Shown: piece by piece, positions 52,300 to 63,134 of the stretch
Position numbering within the stretch: the first letter of the stretch is position 1
Layout of the letters: each line of letters starts with the position of its first letter
DNA from: Squalus acanthias
Lineage: Eukaryota
DNA length: 64,000 nt
NCBI GenBank assembly: GCA_030390025.1
Contig: JASTWF010000033.1
Span: forward strand, 2,978,001-3,042,000
Direction: 5' to 3'
Notes under the pieces: model-generated
The model's input: only the letters and a program-made list of their open reading frames with translations
What the model was told of the DNA's origin: nothing
The model's database searches: none
Position numbers and translations under genes: made by a program

Positions 52300-53217
52300 A
52301 ATTCGGAGCTGAAAACCGCCTGTACCAGTGAACGGGGCAAGTAGTCAAATCTTTGACCGCCCAGAAATTGGGTCACTCGGAAGGTGGGTGTGTTCGGCAA
52401 CGCAGTATCAAACGAATGTGGTGTCTGTGACGGTAGCGAAACAGTTATTAAAACCTAGGTGGGACATGAAGTGTTTGTAATGTATTAATAGTGGTTAAGA
52501 TGATTGAAGCCTGATGTGTTATTTCGGAATGTAAATGCCTCGAGAGCCCATGCTGAGCCGAAATTAAGAGGGCGATTGGGCCCCACGTGACGGCCCGAGT
52601 TAGTTGGGAATCCGAGACAGACAAAGAATTTGTAAGAACCTCTCTGCTTCGTTGCGTTGCGGGATCTATTGGATGGTATTACGTGAAGAATTGTGATAAT
52701 GTATTAATGGCTACAAGTGAAACATCACCTCTGAGACAAGTGAAATAATCACCTCTGAGACAAGTGAAACCTTCACCTCTGAGTGCAAGATAGTTACAAG
52801 TCAGGCCGCCATCATACAGGTGGTGGTCGATAGGCAGAACCTCTGAGAACGAGTTGCTAGGACGGACCGGAACGCGGTAAACTATTGACAAAGAATAACA
52901 CATTATGGCGGCGGGCGAGGAACCAGATTGGGGCCCGCCAGGATCCATGAGTCGGCTCTACGCCGAGGACCAAAAGGGATTTAATGATAAAATGAAGAAG
53001 GATGGATGGGATCCTGTAGGAAACCTAATGGCGCAACGGGAGTGGTGGGAGAAGCAGAAACAAAAGAAAACTAGAAAGGCAGGAGTGATTTTAATACATC
53101 AGGTGATAATGAAAACAAAAGGGGTTAACACACAAACCAGTAAGATGGAAGAACAAGGAATTAGAAAGTATAATAGAACGGATGGAATTGACAAATAGAG
53201 GGAACAGAAATGGTGAG

Positions 53218-56200
53218 TGTGGTAACACAATGCAGCTTCCTGTGACTTGAACTTTATTACATCACTTCCTGTGATTAGTCCAGGATAAATACTGGGCTGA
53301 TCAGTTGGATCCTGGAGAGGCAGAGAGTAAGACCTCTTTTGTATGTAGCACCTTTTTAGTTGATTAAAGCTTACTTTAAGTTCACCACGCATAAGGCTCA
53401 TTCTTACGACAATTTAATCAACTTTGAAAAATTTCGCACTCAAACTTTTTGGACGAACTCGGAACTAAGGATCCAGGGAATCACCCATCATGGAAAACAT
53501 CCTTAAACCATCGCGTCTTGACTTGGACCCAAACACCCCAGCAGCCGGTAAGGTGTGGAAACACTGGTATCGCACGTTTGACAATTTTCTCGAATATTGC
53601 AAGGCTGATGATGACTCAAAATTGCGGATACTCATCAACTGTGTCACCCCGAATGTATTTCAGTATGTCGAGGAATGGGGCAGTTACGAGGAGGCAATTC
53701 GGACGCTTAAAAGACTATATACTAAGACACCGAATGAGGTCTATGCCAGACATCTACTAGCTACAGCCCAACAAGGGCCGGAGGAATCCATTGATAAATT
53801 CCTCCAAGAGCTTCGCAGACATAGTATGGACTGTAACTTTCAGGCGGCCTCAGCTGAGCTGTACCGTGAAGAAATGATCCGTGATGCTTTCATCAGCGGG
53901 CTTGCCTCCCCATTTATACGCCAGCGTCTACTGGAAAGTAAGACACTTGAGCTTCAGAGAGCTTATGACATGGCTTGCTCTCTAGATCTGGCAAAAAGAA
54001 ATGCAGACCTTTATACAGTGCCCAGACCTCGGTCTGCTGCCTTAACTACAGTCAGGCAATTTAAGAGGCCACAGGTGAACTCTATTAGGGAGGACTTTAT
54101 CCCTGACGATCAATCTGATGACTTCACTGATGAAGAGGATGATGACCCCACTGTGGCAGCCTCTTGGCAATCTAAGAAATGCTTCTTCTGTGGTGATGAG
54201 TTTCACCCTCGGAAATTCTGCCCTGCTCGCAATGCGTTTTGCGGTCATTGCAACAAAAAGGGTCATTTTGCAAAGGTTTGCCTATCAAGAGCCTCTACGA
54301 GGGCTTATCAAGCTAAGTCCTACCGAACTGCCCCGGTAAGGGCCTATCAAGATGTTCCGGCTAAAATCTATCGTGCTTCCTCTCGGGTTTTCTCTCGAAG
54401 AAACACACCTAGAGTTTCAGCCACTCTTTGTGCAACGACACCAATTACAGCTGCTTGTCCTCAGAACCTATTCCATGCAGCTACAAAAGCATCAATTAAT
54501 GGACATACTTTAGATGCCTTAATTGACTCAGGTAGCACTGATAGTTTCATTAGGGAACAGATTGTTGCAGAGTTAAAGCAGAGTTTCCCATCGGACCAGG
54601 CAATTGCGATGGCTCAGTCATCACTTAATACCAGAATTTCTGTCTTTTGTATGGTTGAAATAACACTTAATGGTCACAGGTATCCCTCCACCCGGCTTTC
54701 GGTGCTCAAGGACTTATGTAGTGATCTTATCTTAGGGCTAGATTTTCAAAAGCAGCATAAGAAGCTCACCATTGAGTTCGGCGGATCCAAACCTGAACTC
54801 ACTATTTCTAATATACGACCTCGATTACCGTTCTGTGCATTGTCAGCAGCTTCACTGGATGAACCTTCACTGTTTACCAGTAACCCTCCTCGATGCAAAC
54901 CGATTATAACAAAGTCACGACGTTTCAGTCAGGAAGACCAGTCTTTTATTGCGGCTGAGATTTCTCGGCTTTTAGCAGAGGATATCATCGAGCCTTGTTC
55001 GTCGCCATGGCGCGCCCAGGTCGTTATTGTTAAGAACCCTCTACAACCTCACAAGAAACGGCTGTGCATTGACTATTCACAGACCATCAATCAATATACG
55101 GACTTGGACGCATACCCATTGCCGCGCATCGATGATATGGTTAATAAACTGGCTGAGTACACGGTGTTCTCAACATATGATCTGAAAAGTGCCTATCATC
55201 GGGTACCCTTGAAGGTCTCAGACAAGCAGTATACGGCCTTTGAAGCCAATGGACGGCTGTATCAATTTCGTCGCCTCCCCTTTGGGGTCACTAATGGAGT
55301 GGCTGTCTTCCAGCGAGCAATGGATGACCTGGTCAAACAGGAAGACTTAAAGGATACGTTTCCTTATCTGGACAATATTACTGTCGCAGGTCGCAATCAG
55401 CGAGAACATGACGCCAATCTCCAACGATTTTGGGATGCACTCCAGCACCGTAATTTGACATTAAATGCGGCTAAATCCATTGAGTCACAACCAACCATCA
55501 ACATCCTTGGCTATTGTGTGGGCAATGGCATCATTAAACCTGACCCTGAAAGGCTTCGCCCACTCCAAGAACTCCCGCCACCTAAGAATCCGGCCTCCTT
55601 GCGCCGGGCCCTCGGCCTGTTTGCATACTATGCTAAATGGATTCCTAACTTCTCGGACCGAATCCAACCTCTACTGAAGGCCAGCACATTCCCACTAGAC
55701 ACAGAGGCTGTTGCAGCCTTTAACCTCCTGAAAAAACAGTTGGAGAAAGCGGCTCTTCACTCCATCGATGAGAGTCTTCCTTTTGTTGTTGAGTGTGATG
55801 CCTCGGAGGTGGCGATCTCGGCCACTCTGAATCAGGAAGGTCGTCCGGTGGCATTTTTGTCCAGGAATTTTCAAGGGGCTGAGCTACATTATCCTCCAGT
55901 CGAGAAAGAAGCTACAGCCATCATAGAGGCAGTACGGAAGTGGACTCATCTCCTAGCTCGCCAGCACTTTACCTTAATCACGGACCAGCGATCGGTCGCC
56001 TTCATGCTCGATAATCGAAAAGGGACCAAAATTAAAAATAATAAAATCCAGCTTTGGCGGCTGGAATTGGCCTCTTTTGGTTACACCATCCACTATCGAC
56101 CTGGCAAGGAGAATGTGGCTCCGGATACCCTCACACGAGCATTCTGCTCCGCCATGGCACCCTCTACGCTCGTAGACATCCAGGATGGGTTGTGTCATCC

Positions 56201-57694
56201 GGGCGTTACTCGCATGCTACACTTCGTGCGGTCCCGAAATCTCCCATTCTCTACCGGGGATGTAAAGAAGATGTGCTCGGACTGCAGAGTCTGTGCGGAA
56301 TTGAAACCTCAGTTTTTCCGCTCCTCGGGTGGTATACTCATATATGCGACCCAGCCAATGCAACGGCTTAGCATCGATTTTAAGGGGCCGTTGCCCTCTT
56401 CAACTCGCAACACTTATCTATTGACCATGGTCGATGAGTATTCCCGTTTTCCGTTTGCCTTTCCCTGCCCCAATATGCTGACGACCACGGTTATCAGCTG
56501 CCTTGAGCAGGTATTTGCTTTCTGTGGCATGGCATCCTATGTTCATTCGGATCGGGGCCCTTCTTTTATGTCAGGAGAACTCAAGGCCTATCTCTCGGAA
56601 CGGGGTATTGCTGCCAGCAGAACGACGCCTTATCATCCGGTCGGGAATGGGCAAGTCGAGCGTTTTAACGCTATCATCTGGAATGCGGTACGTCTGGCTT
56701 TGAGATCTCGGGGCCAACCCAACCAGCAATGGGAAGCAGTACTTCCAGACGCATTACACTCCACACGGTCCCTCCTTTCGACCGCCATAAATACGACGCC
56801 TCATGAACGGTTCTTCCGATTTCAGCGTCGCTCATCCTATGGGATATCTCTCCCGTCGTGGCTGACTGCACCGGGACCAGTGCTACTCCGAAGATATGTT
56901 CGGGCGTCTAAGAATGACCCCCTGGTAGATGAGGTTGAGCTCACTGACATCAACCCTACCTACGCCTATATTCGGTATCCTGACGGTCGGGAATCTACCG
57001 TGTCATTGCGGGATCTGGCTCCCTGCCCGCCGAAACATAGAGGGACACCAGGGGATGATATTGTACCAGGCACATCTCTGGGCTCGCCAGGTGGCTCTCA
57101 TCACGATCTGGATCTGACGCCGGCTGGTACCTCACTCCAGCGTGCCGACCTGGGGCAGACTGACTATGAGCCCATCGGGGCTCGCACGCGCAGCCACGAT
57201 CCACCCCGTACCATACGCTCGGAAACGGATCTGCCACAGCCCTGCCCGACACCCGTTCGGGCACCAGTAAACAGTCAGGATCGTCCTGACCCCTCACAGA
57301 GCGGGCTGGATCACTCGGACTCTGGTCCACGGCCCGCGGCGGGTAAACGTGCTAGGGGCCCTCTACCGCTACGAGAACCCAAACGGGTGCGGCTCTCCCT
57401 CGTCCAGCGGCTACGAAATGGAGGGAGAATGTGGTAACACAATACAGCTTCCTGTGACTCGAACTTCATCCCGGCCTTCTAATGTTTTGGGGGGTTAGAA
57501 TGTGGTAACACAATACAGCTTCCTGTGACTTGAACTTTATTACATCACTTCCTGTGATTAGTCCAGGATAAATACTGGGCTGATCAGTTGGATCCTGGAG
57601 AGGCATAGAGTAAGACCTCTTTTGTATGTAGCACCTTTTTAGTTGATTAAAGCTTAATTTAAGTTCACCACGCGTAAGGCTCATTCTTACGACA
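53218..57694 (+). mobile_element. Full-length Ty3/Gypsy LTR retrotransposon nested in ERV-B gag
   Basis: 194-bp LTRs at 53218-53411 and 57501-57694 (4 substitutions counted by eye); 5-bp TSD GTGAG at 53213-53217 and 57695-57699. Confidence 0.96.
53490..57437 (+). CDS. Intact single-ORF Gag-Pol polyprotein (Gag, two zinc knuckles, PR, RT, RNase H, IN), 1315 aa
   Basis: CFFCGDEFHPRKFC and CGHCNKKGHFAKVC; LIDSGS; YLDN at the RT YxDD position; VECDAS; HPG...CSDC; IDFKGP, HSDRG and GQVER. Confidence 0.95.
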   Translation: MENILKPSRLDLDPNTPAAGKVWKHWYRTFDNFLEYCKADDDSKLRILINCVTPNVFQYVEEWGSYEEAIRTLKRLYTKTPNEVYARHLLATAQQGPEESIDKFLQELRRHSMDCNFQAASAELYREEMIRDAFISGLASPFIRQRLLESKTLELQRAYDMACSLDLAKRNADLYTVPRPRSAALTTVRQFKRPQVNSIREDFIPDDQSDDFTDEEDDDPTVAASWQSKKCFFCGDEFHPRKFCPARNAFCGHCNKKGHFAKVCLSRASTRAYQAKSYRTAPVRAYQDVPAKIYRASSRVFSRRNTPRVSATLCATTPITAACPQNLFHAATKASINGHTLDALIDSGSTDSFIREQIVAELKQSFPSDQAIAMAQSSLNTRISVFCMVEITLNGHRYPSTRLSVLKDLCSDLILGLDFQKQHKKLTIEFGGSKPELTISNIRPRLPFCALSAASLDEPSLFTSNPPRCKPIITKSRRFSQEDQSFIAAEISRLLAEDIIEPCSSPWRAQVVIVKNPLQPHKKRLCIDYSQTINQYTDLDAYPLPRIDDMVNKLAEYTVFSTYDLKSAYHRVPLKVSDKQYTAFEANGRLYQFRRLPFGVTNGVAVFQRAMDDLVKQEDLKDTFPYLDNITVAGRNQREHDANLQRFWDALQHRNLTLNAAKSIESQPTINILGYCVGNGIIKPDPERLRPLQELPPPKNPASLRRALGLFAYYAKWIPNFSDRIQPLLKASTFPLDTEAVAAFNLLKKQLEKAALHSIDESLPFVVECDASEVAISATLNQEGRPVAFLSRNFQGAELHYPPVEKEATAIIEAVRKWTHLLARQHFTLITDQRSVAFMLDNRKGTKIKNNKIQLWRLELASFGYTIHYRPGKENVAPDTLTRAFCSAMAPSTLVDIQDGLCHPGVTRMLHFVRSRNLPFSTGDVKKMCSDCRVCAELKPQFFRSSGGILIYATQPMQRLSIDFKGPLPSSTRNTYLLTMVDEYSRFPFAFPCPNMLTTTVISCLEQVFAFCGMASYVHSDRGPSFMSGELKAYLSERGIAASRTTPYHPVGNGQVERFNAIIWNAVRLALRSRGQPNQQWEAVLPDALHSTRSLLSTAINTTPHERFFRFQRRSSYGISLPSWLTAPGPVLLRRYVRASKNDPLVDEVELTDINPTYAYIRYPDGRESTVSLRDLAPCPPKHRGTPGDDIVPGTSLGSPGGSHHDLDLTPAGTSLQRADLGQTDYEPIGARTRSHDPPRTIRSETDLPQPCPTPVRAPVNSQDRPDPSQSGLDHSDSGPRPAAGKRARGPLPLREPKRVRLSLVQRLRNGGRMW

Positions 57695-60399
57695 GTGAGG
57701 ATAAAGAAAGACCCCCACCGTATGCCTCGGCCCAATCGAAAACGAAGGCGACGTTCCGGTAGTGCCGATTGCCCCCGTAATACGATACCCAGCGGCTGAC
57801 AACAGTCGATATCAGGCTTTCACGCCTCTTGAAAAACAAGCCGTTCTCCAAGATTTGGGAATCCTCAAACCCCGTAGTCAGAACGCCGAGTTCTGGGGAA
57901 ACCTGGAGGGAATGTGGGACATCCATGATTGACACTGTAAGGATATCCATCAGTTAGTTAGGGCATCATGCCCAGCCGACAAATGGAGAAATGTAAACCC
58001 CGCTGTAGGCATGCAGGATGGAGCATGGACAGATGCAATGGCTGCGGGGGCCGCACAGGCGGCACAACAAGCAGCATTTGGGCCTTAAAATCGCAGTAGA
58101 AACAGCACTTGGGGGTCCTACTATAAATTGGGGAAAAATCCAATCAGTAAAACAATCAAAGGGAGAATCTAGTAGTGAGTATGGAGATCGATTGTTTGAT
58201 GCTTATTGTGAATCGTCAGGGCAAGCAAATCCACAGCGAACAGACCAGTCCTTTATCCAGCTGTTTAAGGAAGGACTCTCATCGGCACACCAAGCCATCC
58301 TAGAGTTGGGAGTGTTGGTCGCCCCTCATACGCTCTCGCGGTTCAATGGGCATGTCAGATAGATGCTAAGGGACCTGAACCCACAGGAAAGGGAGGTATA
58401 AAAATCAAACAGGAGAAGGTAGCAGCAGGGGGGGCATCGCAACCGTACAAGAGGATTCAGGGGAGCTGTTATACTTGTGGAAAAGTGGGACATATGGCGA
58501 AGGATTGCAGGAGTGGAAAGAAAGGGGGATGTGACTATTGTGGTAAGCTAGGACACCAGATTTACAACTGCTGGAAGAAAGGAGAGGTGGACCAGACACA
58601 GGGCGCTTATTTTAGTCCGGAGGAATAGAAGGGAGTCTGACTGGAGGCGGCCCCAGTAAAAGGAGGCTCGGATAACCGAGTCGACGTTGCAGCATTATTA
58701 GGGGGCCAATCGTGTGAAATGCTAATTGATACAGGAGCATCAGTATCTTTACCTGATTTTCCCCGTCCGACAAACCAAAGATAAAGAAGGAAAATATCTA
58801 ATTTGCAGGCTAACCAATCTGAAAACGCAGCTTAGACAAAAAAAAGAGATTTGGAAAGCCAGGAAAGCTGCTGAGACACCTATGTAGAAAGAAAAAAGAG
58901 ACAAATTTAAAGTTTTACCGACATGGAATTTATTAATGTCTGAGCCGAGACAAATAAAGCACAAGATTTGTTGAGTGAAAGGAATCGTAAAAGGAATGCT
59001 GGGATCTAAGTTTGAGTGAAAGTGAGAATTGAAGAGTGAAAGTCTGCCTGACTGTGAATGTTTACGGAGTTGCAGTATTTATTTTGTCTGAAAGTCTGTC
59101 TTTAAAAAGGTATGTGTCATTTTTGTTTTAGCTCCACCCACTCTTTTGTACAGAGAGCTAAAAGCTGTTTAACCCTTTGAAGACTTGTTTTGAATGATGG
59201 ACAAGCGTGTGTTGTTTTAAGTTTGTTAATTGTTTTACAAAACATAAGCTTCAGCCTTGAAGTCACAGTTGCCAATGTGCCTGGAAGAAAATGAATTTGA
59301 ATGTTTACAAGGCATGGGTAATTGTTTCTTTGTTAATGTGGCTACGGTTTCTTTCTTTTCCAAGTGATACTGGTTAGTTTACAAAAAATTGATCTGGATT
59401 GAAGTGGAGTTATTGAGGTTAATTAACCTATTAAAACAAGACTTTCATTTTGGCCACGGTGAAATTCTGGTTGGTGTAAATTTGTGTAGACCACATTGAT
59501 TATGATATTTAATGGTCTGAAACCAGACTTTAAAACATTTACAGTCTTGGATACAGAACGGGTTCTGGTCCATACCATTGGCAGAGGAATCACAAGGGAA
59601 ATCGCCTTTACTGTCGGGGATAGACAGTATACCTGAACCAGGGTCCAGCATGGTTCCACAATAGTCCAAATATATTCCACCATGTACTGAGTCAAGCCTT
59701 AGACCAGTTAGACCTGTCAAAGTATCAGAGTGCCCTACTCCAATATGTCGATGACATAATGATTGCATCAGAGGATGGCAAAGGACATATGGCAGCATTA
59801 CACTTAAGAAAGCTGGCTTTAAATTGAACCCAAAAAGGCACAGGTTGGACGGTCCAAAGTAAAGTATCTAGGACACGAAATTAACCAGGGGTATAAGGCA
59901 CTCCTGCAGAAACAAAAGGCAGCCATAAAGACATGCCAAGGCCAGAGACCGTCCGGGGAGTGAGGAAAATGTTGGGACTATTTAACTACTGCAGGAATTT
60001 TATATCAGACTTTGCAGGGAAAGCAGAGCCGATTCAACGGTTAGTTAAAGAGGGATCCAGCAGCGAAGGCAATGCCACGATGTGTGGCTGCAATAGATTG
60101 TGCCCCAAGAATTGAAAAAATAAACTTTGAACTACAGTTTAAGTTAAGCTGGTGTGTAAACTGAGAAGAACAACAAAAAGTTTGTTTAACAAAAGATTAA
60201 GTTTCGGTCTAAGATTTGACCTTGGAGTTACGGTTGCTATGGTGAAATCTTCCAAAGCAGTTTGATTTGATTTGCTTAAATGTCAAAAACTAATTTTTCT
60301 CCAGTTATATTCAATGTTTTTACAGTATTTTGGAAAGGCATCTGAAGAAAGGAAAATAAGAAATATGATGTAACAGAACGTGGGGTAAACCCGGTACGA

Positions 60400-60810
60400 A
60401 TCCAGTATGAGGTGATTTTGGTGGTACTTCCTGTGTCACAGCTACCGCAATTACCATGCTTTATGGGTCTAACAGGATCTGTCCCATCAACCAACACGTT
60501 TTTATGTATGAGCGATGCAATTATGTTTTCACAATTCGGATACTACATTCCCCAGTGAGCTCATGATGCGACTGAACTCCTCCCTAAAGCATTTTTATGT
60601 TTTGGAGGAAGACAACTCGAGAATACATGTTGAAATTGACAGCATAGAGGACAACTCACACTGGTGGGATATTGGGCTTAATATATCAGCACACCCTTAG
60701 ATTTGTATTATTTCACACGCTCTGGTAGTTCTCCAACTTGTAATGATAGTGTATTTGATATATGTAACCTATGTAGTAAGATACATAAGCCAATTGGGTA
60801 CTCATACCTG
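60400..60810 (+). pseudogene. Remnant of an ERV-A-type env C-terminus (heptad, WW, TM) inside ERV-B
   Basis: SLKHFYVLEE...WWDIGLNISAHP*ICIISHALVVLQLVMIVYLIY aligns to ERV-A SQKHFYSLEQ...WWDIGLSIEIPPWIRISSHALVIIQLFLVSYLFY. Confidence 0.8.
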
Positions 60811-60959
60811 ACTAACCAGCACCAACAAATTAAATGAGCACACCGAAAGAGAAGATCCAAAGCAATATAGAGGAGACCCAGGCGGGGTAACATCAGGAAA
60901 GATAGAAGAAACAGAGGATACCCCAGGCGGGGCATAATTGGAACACCGGAACAATGAAT

Positions 60960-61868
60960 TGAATTTGAGCAAGGGGATTGGTCTGGGCATTATGCATCAT
61001 TCTGATTTGCTTCACATTGGGTTGTAGTAAATGCGAGCAGAAATATGAATTAAAGGTGACCAGTAGTGGGTACGGTGGTGCAACCTTCACGTATGGGACG
61101 TGGAATCTCGGTACAATTCCAAACATGAACAGTGGGGGGCCATGGAAGGGTAACATCATGATAATGAATAACATATGGAGTAGGTATGAAGCCTATAATA
61201 ACACTTACTTCATTGGGGTATGTCGTACCCTTTGTACATCAATGCCTAAACCTCAAGGAACACCCAGCCTATCGTTATAAACGAGAAATTAACGAGGCTG
61301 AAAGATACTTCGCGATCTATCTACCCCCATACGGAGTCGCGAGAGCTATTAAAGAGATACGGTTCTTGGCAGAGGTTTTAGAACAGGTTGGGAATGATAC
61401 AGCAGAAGCTCTAATAGACATTAACGCCGAGATGGTAGCGATAAGGACAGTGACGCTACAGAACCGAATGGCACTTGATTAACTCCTAGCAGAAAAGGGG
61501 GAACGTGTGCATTGATTGGGACAGAGTGCTGTACATAAATTCCTGACAGTTCAGAAAATATAATTAATTTGGCAGAACACATACAGGAGGAAGTAAAGAA
61601 ATTAAAACAACCTCCGGCATCCACCCTTTGGGGCTGGGCAACTGGATGGTTGGGATCACTCGCGACATCAGCAGTACAAGGATTTATTTTGTTCTTTGTT
61701 ACAATATTAATGATGTATGGTCTGGTCCTATTGTTAAAATGTTGTTGCGCTCAAATGTCACGGCATGCTGTAAGTGTCATGATGGTTAATCAAGTGACAC
61801 CCAGAGAGAGAGATGTATGGATATTAGTCCCTATACAAGAATGTCACAGTCTGACTTTTGGAATGTGA
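60960..61868 (+). pseudogene. env: ERV-B gamma-type env (deleted SU, RYKR furin site, ISD, CX6CC, TM)
   Basis: YRYKREINEAERYFAIYLPPYGV, LQNRMALD, CALIGTECC and GFILFFVTILMMYGLVLLL. Confidence 0.9.
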
Positions 61869-62454
61869 GCTCCTGGAGTGTAAACATATCTACTTACTTT
61901 ACCAGAAATCCGTATGATGCTGGTTCCCTGTCACAAAGGAATTTTTGATCAGGGACCAACAGAAGGAATTGTAGGATTAAAATTTATTATAGGGTTTTAA
62001 TAAGAAATGTTAAATTAAAGAATGTGCCGTAAGAAGTAAATTCGTAAATAGAGAATGGTTTCGCTGACAGTGCGATGAGTAATGTCTGTGGTCAACATTG
62101 AGGCCCACCAATGAGGCCACCAAGGCAATAATAGTACAACGATTACACAATCACCGCATGACCGGCTAGTCCGAATGGACAGATGTGAGGCAAACCGCTA
62201 TGCTTGCAGTTTCGGTAGGGAAGTAACATTTGAACCTAACGTACATACTATAATTAGAAATCCGTTGCTAAGGCTATGTGATTGGATGAATAATGTATAA
62301 AAGGAATCTCATACCAGTGTAATTTCGAGAAGAAGCAAGTTACTAGACTGCGGAGTTCATGGCTTCTTCTCCCAAAGATCTCTGAATATTAATAAATTGT
62401 TTGCTTCAACCTATCACACAGACTGGAGTGATGTAATTTCTCCACAACAACGCG

Positions 62455-63125
62455 GAAATGGTGGCATATTGATTATGTTACTCTATTAGTAATCCAGAGG
62501 CCTGGACTAATAATCTGGAGACATAAGTCCAAATTTCTCCCCGGAAGCTGGGAGTTTCAATTCAGTTAATTAAATACATCGGGAATATAAAAGCGAGTAT
62601 CAGTAATGGTCACTGTGAACTAGCGGATTGTCGTAAAAAAACTTCTGCTACATAATGTCCTTCAGTCAAGGAAATCTGCCGTTCTTACCTGGTCTGCCCT
62701 ATATGTGACTCCAGACACACGTAAATGTGATTGACTCTTAACTGCCCCCTGAAGTGGCCTATCAAACCATTTACTTTTACCAAATCACTATGACAAAGTC
62801 AGCACTGTGGGAATACCTTCACCAAATGTACTCCAGCGGTTCAAAAGGCAGCTCACTACCACCTACACAAGGGGAATTAGGGTTTGGCAATAAATGCCGG
62901 CCTTGCCAGCGACGCCCACATCCCGTGAATGAATAAAATCCGAAAAAACAGGTTATCTGGTCATTATCTCATTGCTGTTTGTGGGAGCTTGCCGTGTGCA
63001 GATTTACTGCTGCATTTACTACATTACAACAGTGACTACACTTCAAAAGTAGTTGATTGGCTGAAAAGCGATTTGGAACGTCCGGAGGTCGTGACAGGCC
63101 CTCTTTAAATGAAAGTATTTCTTTC
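62455..63125 (+). mobile_element. SINE (62455-62945) followed by a second SINE-like 3' segment (~62950-63125)
   Basis: Homology to 33850-34229; the second segment resembles Deu/AmnSINE-type tails from memory. Confidence 0.6.
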
Positions 63126-63134
63126 TATCCGAAC

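Larger units (their letters stand above)
51802..62449 (+). mobile_element. ERV-B: heavily deleted endogenous retrovirus with LTRs 51802-52279 and 61970-62449
   Basis: ~480-bp TG...CA LTR pair; PBS at 52282; gag split by a Gypsy, with two CCHC knuckles (~58466-58570); LIDTGAS (~58720); QYVDD region (~59740); env 60960-61868; PPT-like AGAAGGAAT. Confidence 0.9.
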
